Of a DNA stretch of 64,000 nucleotides, positions 44,542-54,293 are shown piece by piece. A model generated the notes under the pieces. The model saw nothing but the letters and a program-made list of their open reading frames with translations. It did no database searches and was not told where the DNA came from. Source of the stretch: Escherichia coli (GTDB lineage: Bacteria; Pseudomonadota; Gammaproteobacteria; Enterobacterales; Enterobacteriaceae); NCBI RefSeq assembly GCF_041248615.1, contig NZ_CP158426.1. One strand, written 5' to 3'. Each line of letters begins with the position of its first letter. Position 1 is the first letter of the stretch. A program made the translations under genes and the position numbers.

Positions 44542-45027
44542 TCAGTCAATAATGCGCATAATGGCGTCGTATTCCGGATGTTGCAGGGCGTAATCCCGCA
44601 GCCGGTAATAATGGACCGTCATGGCATAACACTCCGTACGACAGGCATGATGACTGTACGTCATCAGACAGGCAGCAATGCCGGCGGCTTCCGGGCTCAT
44701 TTCAGCGCGGTTACTGTTCATGACATTGAACAGTACCCATGTTTCGTCATCATCGTCATCCGGTTCGGGTGCCATAAATGCCCCTCCGTTATTCAGTGTG
44801 TACAGATTCCAGATACCACCGCAGTAGTCTTCACACAGACGGTCCATCCAGCCGAAGACACGGGGCTCCAGGGTCACCCACTGTGGAATGAGGCCAAAGT
44901 GCTGTGGCCAGAAGCTGATGCACTGTTCATCAGGGACGGGAGTGGCAACCAGTTGAGACTGGTTATTCCCTGATGCAGTAGTTACGGAAACAGAAGGTGT
45001 GGTGGAATTATGTGAAACGGTTGTCAT
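44542..45027 (-). CDS. Antirestriction protein (YfjX/KlcA-like family)
   Basis: Translation reads MTTVSHNSTTPSVSV...FWPQHFGLIPQWVTLEPRVFGWMDRLCEDYCGGIWNLYTLNNGGAFMAPE. The start was trimmed to the internal ATG. Confidence 0.8.
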   Translation of the reverse strand: MTTVSHNSTTPSVSVTTASGNNQSQLVATPVPDEQCISFWPQHFGLIPQWVTLEPRVFGWMDRLCEDYCGGIWNLYTLNNGGAFMAPEPDDDDDETWVLFNVMNSNRAEMSPEAAGIAACLMTYSHHACRTECYAMTVHYYRLRDYALQHPEYDAIMRIID

Positions 45028-45117
45028 GATATTATTCCTTATAAAAAGCAAATGAATGAAGAAGGCTCGGGGGCAGGGACAGACGTGAGTCAGGACGGCG
45101 CTTTCAGGTAAACGGTA

Positions 45118-45936
45118 TCAGCGCATGTTCTCCAGCAGCGTTTCCGCCATCACCCATAATGCGCGATTGAGCTTAATATCGGTGTCGATGCTGTGAATGG
45201 CCCGGGTATGGATACGTTTTCCTCTGGCACTGCGGCCGGAAATTCCGCCTTTCAGCATATTCTCCTGGATGGTCTGATATGCGCTCCACAGGTCCTTACC
45301 GTAATCCTCCCTGCGTCGTGGCGTAAGAATGTCAGCGGTGGTGACGGGCTGATGTTCGTCACCATAACGGTAAGTCAGGGCCGCCTGTGCCAGCGCCTGG
45401 CGTGCCGGTGGCGGCAGGACCAGCGACTGCATGGCATCACGCTTCTCCTCTATCCGGTCAAACACGCCCACCACCTCGTAAGCCCCTTCGATAACTTTCT
45501 CCACTACATTTCCCCGGTGTGGAACACGCACTTCCCCCAGAGACTGGCCACAGACGCACCCGTTCTGGCAGACGAACCTGAAGTAACCCGGCAGCATCTG
45601 GTAGCTGGAGGTACCGTCATGAGAGTTGAGCAGAATAATTTCAGGGACATGTTCTCCGTTTATCTCTCCGGCCCGCCGCAGACGCAGCATGTGTTTGGTA
45701 TATTCCCGGCGGCTCTGGTCGCGCACACGGGTCTGGCAGGCGAAGAACGGCTGAAAGCCTTCCCGCTGCAGATTTTCCAGGACGGTAATGGTGGGAATGT
45801 ACGCATACCGTTCACTGCGGGAGGTGTGCCGGTCTTCCCCAAAAATACTGGGTACATGGCGTATCAGTTCTTCATGTGTCAGCGGACGGTCACGGCGTAT
45901 CTGGTTTACATGACCAAAACGACTTGCTAATCGCAT
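45118..45936 (-). CDS. DUF932 protein (YfjQ/YafZ family)
   Basis: 272 aa (MRLASRFGHVNQIRRDRPLTHEEL...), assigned by synteny. Confidence 0.8.
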   Translation of the reverse strand: MRLASRFGHVNQIRRDRPLTHEELIRHVPSIFGEDRHTSRSERYAYIPTITVLENLQREGFQPFFACQTRVRDQSRREYTKHMLRLRRAGEINGEHVPEIILLNSHDGTSSYQMLPGYFRFVCQNGCVCGQSLGEVRVPHRGNVVEKVIEGAYEVVGVFDRIEEKRDAMQSLVLPPPARQALAQAALTYRYGDEHQPVTTADILTPRRREDYGKDLWSAYQTIQENMLKGGISGRSARGKRIHTRAIHSIDTDIKLNRALWVMAETLLENMR

Positions 45937-46026
45937 GATTTGCTCCTTATGAATGAGTTAGCGGTATAAATGAAAAAGCCGCGTCTTCTGGAGAAGACGC
46001 GGCCTGATGGATCAAGTGAATGACGT

Positions 46027-46260
46027 TTATTGCCTGAGAATTCCCTCACTGGCGAGATACGGATTTAGCTGTTTTCCGGCATCAGGTTCAAAATTCCAGC
46101 ACCGCCAGCGTAGCTGCCCTTCAGCATTGCGAATAACCAACCGGGAATATGTTCCCTGGTCATCTTCAGTAAACACATTGCGGTAAGCTGTTTTGACGGC
46201 AACAGCCTGTTCGCGTGAGAAAGGGCCTTCGGGCAATAAACGTGATGTACAACCCGGCAT
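46027..46260 (-). CDS. DUF905-like small protein
   Basis: Translation reads [30 protein letters not shown].... The ATG at 46260 with a GGGAG Shine-Dalgarno sequence is preferred to the ORF-track start at 46296. Confidence 0.65.
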   Translation of the reverse strand: MPGCTSRLLPEGPFSREQAVAVKTAYRNVFTEDDQGTYSRLVIRNAEGQLRWRCWNFEPDAGKQLNPYLASEGILRQ

Positions 46261-46330
46261 ATCTGTTGCTCCCTGAAAGTAAAAAGCCCCGGTCATGATG
46301 ACCGGGGCCTGAAGGAGAGTGACCTGATTA

Positions 46331-48448
46331 TCAGAAAGTCACATTCAGCGTGGCCTGACCGTTATAACCTTCAGCGCTGCTGCCGCTGACACTGTGGGCA
46401 TAACCGGCCTGAACGCCCAGGGTGATATTTTCCCGGACACGGGCTTCCAGTCCGGCCTGCAGGTCCAGTGACGTGCCATTCCGGGACGGTGAGAACGTCA
46501 TGTTACTGCCGGCGGCGGCTGTACCCATGCTCATGTCACCCCGGGAGCTGAAAGTGCGGATAACAGAAGGCTGTACCCACCAGTTCACCGGCAGTTCACT
46601 CACACGGTGTTTTGTACTGTCGCGCAGAGTGTCACGGGATGAGGTGCCTTCGCCAAAGGTCATATCGTTGTGGCTGCCCAGACGGAAGCCGGCACGCACA
46701 TGTTGTGTACTGCCATGCCCGAACTTCACATAACCGGCGTTATCCTGGCCGTCATCCAGGGAGAGCCCCTGCCAGGTGTACTGCAGTTGTGGCTCCAGCA
46801 TCAGGTTGTCAGTGATACTGAAGGGCAGACCGGTTTCCAGTGAGCCCAGCCAGCCCCAGCCCCGGGCGCGGAAGTCGTTATTGTCCGATGACGCTTTCAT
46901 GCTGTGGCGGGTTCCCTGTGCCACAATGTCAGCCCACAGGCCGGAGGACGTGTGTGTCAGATTCAGGTATCCGCCCAGGCTGCCGGCATCATCCCGGACC
47001 GTGCCGGCGCGGGAACCGTCATCATCCTTAACATCAACGGAAGAATGGCCTGCAGCACCATATACCCCTGTCGTCAGAGACATACCGGCAACCTCTGTTC
47101 TGAGCAGGTCACCCTCCAGATGGACGAAGCCATAGCTGCCGCTGCTTTCCGGCGTGGCTCCACGGGCAATACCGCCGTTGTTATCGTGACCGAGATGACC
47201 GCCCTGAATGCTGAGACGGACGCTGTTATTTTCACCGCTTACACCGGTCTGATGGCTGCGGGAGCCTGCCAGAATCCGGTCATAGTCCATTGCCTGTGTC
47301 AGCATGGAGGCATACAGGGGGACTTCAGCACGATAAGCATTTTCACTGCGCAGGTACCAGTCTTCATCGCTGTCACGGTTCAGGGTGTAGTTAAAGGCTC
47401 CGGCCTGAAGCGGGCGACTCAGGGCAAACGCACCTTCTTCTGTGGTGGCACCATTCTGTGCATCCACAACCCGGATACCCTGTCCGGAGGTTGCCACCCC
47501 GAGGTTACTGTTTCCGACATTTGTAAACGCAAGCCAGGTTTTGCCGGTTGCCTGACCACCATTAATCACCAGCTGGTCAGAGGTATTGCTGCCATCAAGG
47601 CGAACACGCATATTGATGGTGCCACCCTGACCGGTGAGGTTACTGGTTGTCAGTTTATGGAACGTTACCGGGGCGTTGCCTTTTGCAACAGCACGGCTCA
47701 GTACGGCATCCGGTGTTGTCTGATTGTCAAAGTAAATCTCCCCTGCGTTAACAATATCGCCGGTACTGACCACATCACCATTCAGTACCATGCTGGCGCC
47801 TTTACTGAGCTGTGTTCTGCCACTCAGACTTCCCCCGGCAGCCAGCATCAGTGTTCCACGATGTCCGACAGTGGTGTTGCTGGCCTGTCCCCCGGCATTA
47901 ACCGTAAAGCTGCCGCCATTTTCCAGCAGCAGGTCGCTGGCCTGACCGGATATGCCATCAATACTGAACTTACCGCTGGCATTGGTCCCCTCAACAGTGG
48001 CACCACTGTCTGCTATCAGGGCACCACCGGATGTCATGGTGACATCTGTTGCCTTACCACCGGCAGACACTGCCAGGGTACCGCCGTCATCCACCAGTGT
48101 TTTCTGCGCTGAATGGCCCTCCAGTACATCCAGGCGACCGCCGGACTCCAGAACAACGCCGTCAGCCTTACCGTTTTCCACTGTGAAATTGCCCAGACGG
48201 TTGCTGCCGGTGACGGTTGCCGCCGTACTGGTGACCAGTGCGCCGCCCTGCGTCAGGGTGACATTCGTGGCTGTACCACCGGCGTTCACCTGCAGTTTGC
48301 CTTTCTGGTTAACGGTGGTGAAATCCGCCAGACCACCTTCCTTGATAATCTGCCAGCCGTCACTGTTAACAACAGTGCCAGACGCCGTACCGCCGTTGTG
48401 CACATACTGGTACCCCCCATTCAGCGTGGTATCCAGTGCGTGACCATG
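46331..48448 (-). pseudogene. flu: Antigen 43 (Flu) autotransporter, distal part (rest of passenger plus beta-barrel), separated from its 5-prime part by an IS
   Basis: The frame is open from the IS junction (HG HALDTTLNGGYQYVHNGGTASGTVVNSDGW...). It ends in a beta-barrel with the terminal ..GQATLNVTF. Confidence 0.9.
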
Positions 48449-48533
48449 TGCGTATTACCGTGAAGGAGATCGGTGAGTAACATCGATGGAGATCGGTTCG
48501 TGTCACTTTCACAGAACCGTTTTTAAATTACCT

Positions 48534-49283
48534 TCACTGATCTCCTTCGGTCAACGGAGATTGTATTTTCCGCATTGATTCTCCTTTAAGTTCGATCTTG
48601 ATACTGCCATGAACCAGTCGATCTAGGATGGCATCCGCATGTGTGGAGTCTCCGATCATTTTGTACCAGTTTTCCACCGGCAACTGGCTCACTACGATGA
48701 TTGAGCCTCGTTGGTACATCAGATCCACTATTTCCAGCAGGTCGCTACGCTGTTCTGATGAGAGAGGTTCCAGCCCCCAGTCATCCAGAAGCAGCAGATC
48801 GCTATTATTCAGCCTGGTCAAAAGTTTGCTGTATCTTCCATCAGCATGCCCCTGATAGCACTGTTCCATCAGCGCTTTAAGGCGATAATAGTAGACCTTG
48901 TATCCCTGTCGGCAGGCATTATGACCAAGTGCACATGCCAGGAACGTTTTACCGCTGCCGGTGGCCCCGGTCAGTAAAATATTTTGTTTCAGGGTTAACC
49001 AGTTTCCCTGACTGAGTGAACGGATGAGGGCCCTGTCCAGCCCTCTATTGTTACGATAATCCAGCTTTGATAACTCAGCATTAAGTCTGAACCGTGCATG
49101 TTTGATCAGACGCTCTGCCTTCCTGTTTTCACGGCAGGTTAGTTCTTCTGCTGTCAGTAATGACAGGCGTTCTTCGAAGCCCAGCTCCTGGTATGTGCCC
49201 GGCTGAGCAAGTTGCTTTTTAAGCGCATCACGGAAGCCGGTGAGTTTAAGTGCGGTCAGTTGTTCGTAAAGATGATTCATCAT
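48534..49283 (-). CDS. istB: IS21-family helper ATPase IstB
   Basis: 249 aa with Walker A GATGSGKT and Walker B LLLLDDWG. Confidence 0.92.
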   Translation of the reverse strand: MMNHLYEQLTALKLTGFRDALKKQLAQPGTYQELGFEERLSLLTAEELTCRENRKAERLIKHARFRLNAELSKLDYRNNRGLDRALIRSLSQGNWLTLKQNILLTGATGSGKTFLACALGHNACRQGYKVYYYRLKALMEQCYQGHADGRYSKLLTRLNNSDLLLLDDWGLEPLSSEQRSDLLEIVDLMYQRGSIIVVSQLPVENWYKMIGDSTHADAILDRLVHGSIKIELKGESMRKIQSPLTEGDQ

Positions 49284-49294
49284 TGGATCCCGTA

Positions 49295-50836
49295 TCAGTG
49301 GTAATACTCACTGCCGCGTACGTTTTCGTGTTCCATCGTGGATAACAGATCTGGTTTTGGATCCTGAACAGGTTGTTTATCCAGACCTTTTTCCAGGATC
49401 GATTTAATACCTGACAGACGCCATACCTTTGTTTTCAGAGCTCTTGCACATGCTGCATTAAGTCTGGCTTTACTGTATTTTTTATGAAGGTTCAGGAGTC
49501 CAAGGCAGAAGCGATAGCTTTGTTCCGGATGTGGACGAGAGTTCAGTATATGAAGCACATAACTATGAGTTTCACTGCCTATGTGCCCCGCCCATTCCAG
49601 AAGACGCTCTGGCGTCCAGGTGGCATGCTGTCGATGAGCTTCAGGCATGTGCTCGTTGCGGGTACTGTAGCCATAAGTACGCTTGCGCGGGTGCACAGCA
49701 ACCTCCTGCCCCTGATTGAAGAGTCTTACCAGTTCTCCGGAGATCCATGCTTCCAGTTGCTGGCCTAACAGCGAACATGGAACCGAGTAGTAATGTTTGT
49801 CGATTTCCACGTGGTAATCGGCATGAACTCTGACTTTCTTCACCAGGGTGTAACTGTAACTGGCTTCAGGAAGAGGCTTCAGTGCGGGTTTATCAAGCTG
49901 GATGAAGAGTTCTGCACGTGAATAACCCAACTTCTGCATTATTTTGTTATTCAGTCTTTCCAGCAACTCCCGAATGCGCTGATTAAGCGATGCAAGGCTG
50001 TAGAAGATCTCATGCCTGATTCGGGCCATGATCCAGCGTTCAACAACCTGAACGCCAACTTCAGCTTTGGCTTTATCTTTCGGTTTACGTGGCCGCGCAG
50101 GCAAAACTGCGACATTATAATGCTCAAGCATCTGCTGGTAGGTAGGGTTAACGTCAGGATCATACTTACATGCCCTGGATGTGGCGCTTTTCAGATTGTC
50201 CGGAACAACAAGTTCAGGAACGCCACCCAACCACTGGAAGCAGCGAACATGACTCATCACCCAGTCTTCAAGCTGCTGAGACCAGGTGGCCTCTGCCCAT
50301 GTGTAACTTGATGCCCCGAGAACAGCTACGATGACCTGAGCAGTTCTTATTTCTCCGGTCTCAGGGTCGGTAACGCCAACGGTAGGTCCACAGTAATCAA
50401 CGAAAAGTTTTTCGCCAGCTTTATGTACCTGACGCATTGATGGTGAAGTGGTTTTGAGCCATTCACGGTACATCCGGCAGTAATGGTTATAGCTGTAAAA
50501 ACCGCCTGGATTACGCTCACAGTATTCTTCCCAGAGTAGCTGCAGCGTCACGCATTTATTACGCAGTTCCCGGTGTACTGTAGCCCAGTCAGGCAGAGAG
50601 TGCTTCTTCATCTTAACCTGGGTCTGAAGGAACGCATGTTTTAGTTTTGTATCATCCCATCCTGTAGGTAAGGGCCACTGCTTTATGCCAAGTTGAGCCG
50701 CCCGATTAGCATATCTGGATACAACGGAAGGGGAGATTGCAAGACTACGACCAATTTGTCGATGGCTGAGTCCAACACCGTATTTAAGCCTAAGAATTTC
50801 TTTAAGTTTTCTCATAGAAATTGGAACTGTTGGCAT
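49295..50836 (-). CDS. istA: IS21-family transposase IstA
   Basis: 513 aa with an N-terminal HTH (GLSHRQIGRSLAISPSVVSRY) and a DDE core. It lies directly upstream of istB. Confidence 0.9.
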   Translation of the reverse strand: MPTVPISMRKLKEILRLKYGVGLSHRQIGRSLAISPSVVSRYANRAAQLGIKQWPLPTGWDDTKLKHAFLQTQVKMKKHSLPDWATVHRELRNKCVTLQLLWEEYCERNPGGFYSYNHYCRMYREWLKTTSPSMRQVHKAGEKLFVDYCGPTVGVTDPETGEIRTAQVIVAVLGASSYTWAEATWSQQLEDWVMSHVRCFQWLGGVPELVVPDNLKSATSRACKYDPDVNPTYQQMLEHYNVAVLPARPRKPKDKAKAEVGVQVVERWIMARIRHEIFYSLASLNQRIRELLERLNNKIMQKLGYSRAELFIQLDKPALKPLPEASYSYTLVKKVRVHADYHVEIDKHYYSVPCSLLGQQLEAWISGELVRLFNQGQEVAVHPRKRTYGYSTRNEHMPEAHRQHATWTPERLLEWAGHIGSETHSYVLHILNSRPHPEQSYRFCLGLLNLHKKYSKARLNAACARALKTKVWRLSGIKSILEKGLDKQPVQDPKPDLLSTMEHENVRGSEYYH

Positions 50837-51029
50837 AGGTATCCTTTACCGGAATGGCAAAAGATACAGATCAACACACCTGTGAAGTTCCAATAACATT
50901 GATGGAGATCACTGAATAACAAAATGAGTCAAAAGTGATCTCCATCGATGTTATTCAGCGATCTGTTCAAATGTTATTACCCGATCTCGATGGAAGTTAT
51001 TGAGTGATCTCCTTTCATGAAAATACGCA

Positions 51030-51764
51030 ACCATGTACAGTCTGGTCGCCGCCGGCATAAACCACAGTGGTATTTGCCGTTCCTTCAGCAGCCACAATCT
51101 GACGACCATTTTTATTGATGGTGGTGCGTACGGCATCTCCGTAGACGGTCTGCCCGGTATCACCATTTTCCGCATCCGGTCCCCCTTCCGCGCCGGTATT
51201 CACAACCGTGTCGGTTGCCACTGCGCCGGATTTGACGGCCTGCCAGCCCTTCTCATTAATGACGGTACCCGTTGCAATCCCGCCTTCATGTACCCACTGC
51301 TCACCGCCGTTCAGCGTGGTGTTCACTGCCTGCCCCTGAAGGCTCTGTCCGCCTCCGGCACTGATAACCGTGTCTGAAACGCTTCCTCCGGCATTCACTC
51401 TCTGAAGACCACCACCGGTGACAGTAGTGTTGTTGGCGATACCGCCATTTTGTATCCATTGCCCGCCGGTATTGACCTCGTTATCCGGCCCATACTCCAG
51501 CCCGGTACTGATGGTCATTCCGTTGGTCGTACCGAAGACAATCTGGTTGTCATGATTTTCCAGTGCTCCGCCGCTCACGGTTTCTCCCGCCTGTACAACC
51601 GTGTCAGCAGCCAGTGCCGGGACTGATGTGACAGCAGCAAGAGACAGCGCAACCGCCACACCGGCGCGTTTTCCCCGTGAGCGGGCCAGTTCGGAGGCCA
51701 CCACCAGGGTGCCCGTAATGTGATTCCATACCAGCCTGTAGCTGGTGTTCAGATGTCGTTTCAT
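51030..51764 (-). pseudogene. flu: Antigen 43 (Flu) 5-prime part (extended signal peptide plus start of passenger)
   Basis: Translation reads MKRHLNTSYRLVWNHITGTLVVASELARSRGKRAGVAVALSLAAVTSVPALA ADTVVQAGETV... It runs into the IS after ..DQTVHG. Confidence 0.9.
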
Positions 51765-51981
51765 CAGCTTTTCCTTACAGAGGGTGAATAAAAAAGCCGG
51801 TACCCACAAATGTGGATACCGGCAGGTACAAAACAGCATGGTCAGATAAAGTGTTTTTTCCCGGACATAAATGCTTCCCCTCTCTCATCCGCCAGAGAAG
51901 TATCAGTCCGTTGTGTGCAATTCCGTTCTGCATGATGAAGAGATTCAGCTGCCTTTTCGCAGGCCATTAACCACTATAAAC

Positions 51982-52017
51982 GATCGATTGTGACGATCGA
52001 TACCTGTTTTATCGATC
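51982..52017 (-). promoter_or_regulatory. Three-GATC cluster upstream of flu (Dam/OxyR phase-variation switch)
   Basis: GATC sites lie at 51982, 51995 and 52014 within aacGATCGATtgtgacGATCGATacctgttttatcGATCGtttt, about 220-250 nt upstream of the flu ATG. This matches the known agn43 arrangement. Confidence 0.8.
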
Positions 52018-52136
52018 GTTTTATTCTATTAATAACAAGGCAGCCACGCAAGAGAAACAGGAGGAGTATGAGGGGTTTGTGTCATGTTTTCAGTTGGTTA
52101 ACGCAATGTAATCAGGCATTTCCTCTGGCAGAGTGT

Positions 52137-53009
52137 TCAGAAGAAAATCCAGTTCCATACCGCGCGGGCAACAGAGACCACGGTGTCACGGACGGCACGC
52201 AGAACCGTACGAGCCACAGAGGCAACACAGACGCTCTCCGCCGTGTCAAATATCCGGTCCACCGCACCGGTAAACTGTTCACGGGCCTGCCCCCGGACAG
52301 ATTCCGTGCACAGCTCGTCCTGCAGGCGGGTCATCAGGGGACTGGCGGCATGGTCGGGAAGTGCTGTCATGAGCGCACTGACCAGCGTATCCAGTTCCCA
52401 GCCGGTGCGGGCCGATACGGCCACAACCGGATGTACGGGCCGGAACAGCCGGAATACCGCATCTGTTTTCTCACGAATGTTCTGTTCCTGTGCGGGAGAA
52501 GGCTGAATACCTGCCATATCCCATTCATGGCAGGGCTCCGTTTTGTCGGCCTGCGTCACCACAAACAGCACCTGCTGATGTCCCCGGTGCAGGATGTGTC
52601 GCCAGAAATAGTCATCCACAGACAGGGCCCGGTCATCGGCTTTAATCAGCCACAGTACCAGGTCAAGTTCAGGCAGAATGTCACGGTACAGGGCTTCATA
52701 CTCTGCATCCCTGTCCCGGCTCTCGCCCACCCCGGGCAGGTCAGTGATAACCATGCTGTGACCATGGCCACTCAGACGGAAGCGCTGCACTTCCCGGGTG
52801 CCGGCGTGAACATCACTGACCGGGGTGACCTCCCCCTGAAACAGTGCATTACAGAGTGAGGATTTACCGGCCCCGCTTTTTCCCATAATGCCAATCACGG
52901 GTTCGTGGCTGGTGAGTTTGCGCAGATGTTCCAGGATGTGACGGGAAAGTGAGTAAGGCAGGGAGGAGAGCGGTTTTTCAATTGCCTCAATGGCATCAGA
53001 CGGATTCAT
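52137..53009 (-). CDS. YeeP/YfjP/YkfA-family small GTPase
   Basis: Translation reads MNPSDAIEAIEKPL... with the P-loop GKSGAGKSS and a DLPG G3-like motif, 290 aa. The ORF-track start at 53072 was trimmed. Confidence 0.85.
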   Translation of the reverse strand: MNPSDAIEAIEKPLSSLPYSLSRHILEHLRKLTSHEPVIGIMGKSGAGKSSLCNALFQGEVTPVSDVHAGTREVQRFRLSGHGHSMVITDLPGVGESRDRDAEYEALYRDILPELDLVLWLIKADDRALSVDDYFWRHILHRGHQQVLFVVTQADKTEPCHEWDMAGIQPSPAQEQNIREKTDAVFRLFRPVHPVVAVSARTGWELDTLVSALMTALPDHAASPLMTRLQDELCTESVRGQAREQFTGAVDRIFDTAESVCVASVARTVLRAVRDTVVSVARAVWNWIFF

Positions 53010-53238
53010 ACATGTATTCCCGGTGAAAAAAGACAAAACCCCGCGCACCGGAAAGGTGGCGGGGGGATTCACGGAGATAATATCTGCCTGAAATTATTTG
53101 GAATGCAGGTATATGTGGCTGATTTGTATCAGCTAATGAGTACAGGTCTGAATCTAATCTGACAGTCCGCTCTGTGCCAGGAGCGGACATTGTTTTCCAA
53201 CTATTACCTAAGCCTGCGAACCATCTCATCTTCACCCC

Positions 53239-54126
53239 TTAAATTCTCAATGTATCGATAACCGCTCGTAGGGCGGGTGACACATTGCGGTGCGGATAAT
53301 AGATATATGAACCCTCCAGGCGTTGGCTGTAGCATTGCAAAACTCTGATTAGCGCCCCCTGTTCTATATCATCAGACACTAATTCCTCCGGAACATAAGC
53401 CAGCCCCAGACCTAGCCTTGCGGCTTTGGCTTCCATATAACTGTCAGCAAAGGCCCATTGTCCCTGAGGCTGATGGGTGATCTTTTTACCGTCCTGATTG
53501 AGTTCCCAGGCATACAGACTGCCGTCGCCGAACTGGTAAGCGATGCAGGGATGACCTACTAAATCGGTGGGGGTTTGTGGAAATCCGTAGCGCTGAAAGT
53601 GCCCGGGCGTGCCGACAACAGCCATCTCCATATCGGGCGAAATGCGCACCGCAACCATACCGCTATCCACTTCCGAGCCCAGACGTATACCGGCATCGAA
53701 GCGCTCAGTAATAATATCGACAAACCGGCTTTCGCTGATGAGCTCCAGCCGAATATCCGGGTATCGTTGTTTAAACACCGCCAGCTTCGGCAGCAGCACT
53801 TTATCAATGGCGTGCTGGCTCGCATTAATTCGGACCGTACCCGATGGTGTATGGCGATAATGGGCCAGCGTGGCAAGCCCCATATCTAAGGCGTCAAATC
53901 CAGATTCGACGTTTCGATAGAGTAACTCGCCGGCATGGGTGAGCGATAACTTGCGCGTGGTGCGTACCAGAAGCTGCACGCCCAGTCGCTCTTCCAGCTC
54001 GCGCACTGCACGGCTAATTCCTGACTGCGCCAGGCCAAGCCTCTGCGCGGCGGCGGTAAAACTCCCTTCTCGCACGACCTGCATAAACAGATAGAGATCG
54101 TTATAGTTTTCCCGTTTCGCCATCAT
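53239..54126 (-). CDS. LysR-family transcriptional regulator
   Basis: 295 aa with an N-terminal wHTH (FMQVVREGSFTAAAQRLGLAQSGISRAVRELEERLG). It is divergent from the hydrolase gene. Confidence 0.9.
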   Translation of the reverse strand: MMAKRENYNDLYLFMQVVREGSFTAAAQRLGLAQSGISRAVRELEERLGVQLLVRTTRKLSLTHAGELLYRNVESGFDALDMGLATLAHYRHTPSGTVRINASQHAIDKVLLPKLAVFKQRYPDIRLELISESRFVDIITERFDAGIRLGSEVDSGMVAVRISPDMEMAVVGTPGHFQRYGFPQTPTDLVGHPCIAYQFGDGSLYAWELNQDGKKITHQPQGQWAFADSYMEAKAARLGLGLAYVPEELVSDDIEQGALIRVLQCYSQRLEGSYIYYPHRNVSPALRAVIDTLRI

Positions 54127-54293
54127 CCTTCCCCTGCTGCATCACAATTCAGAACAATATGTTATTAATCTTAGCATTTTTTACCCTCTAATTAGCACTA
54201 TTAATGCTAACTATAATGTGCGCGTTGCAACAAAGCACAGCAGTGTTATCCGTATGAAACCAGTATCTGGCACATTTTATGAGGGGGATTTTG

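Larger units (their letters stand above)
48449..51029 (-). mobile_element. IS21-family insertion sequence (istA-istB) inserted in flu
   Basis: The termini are TGCGTATT... at 48449 and ...AATACGCA at 51029, forming inverted repeats. Multiple subterminal GGAGATC/GATCTCC repeats are present. A 6-bp direct duplication ACCATG lies at 48443-48448 and 51030-51035. Confidence 0.9.

Noticed and set aside
44062-44973. 303-aa plus-strand ORF spanning the radC-like and antirestriction genes
   Set aside because: It overlaps two recognisable minus-strand genes and their intergenic gap, and its translation is not protein-like.
46904-48112. 402-aa plus-strand ORF (and neighbours at 47952-48463) opposite the antigen 43 passenger
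   Set aside because: It is an antisense shadow of the repetitive Gly/Thr/Val-rich autotransporter passenger. Its low-complexity translation has no start context.
51990-52859. 289-aa plus-strand ORF opposite the YeeP-like GTPase
   Set aside because: It is an antisense shadow. The minus-strand frame carries a clear P-loop GTPase signature.
53165-53188. Hairpin GTCCGCTC-N8-GAGCGGAC between the GTPase and LysR genes
   Set aside because: It has no adjacent U-run on either strand and no upstream gene reading into it on the plus strand. The evidence for a terminator or a junction site is insufficient.
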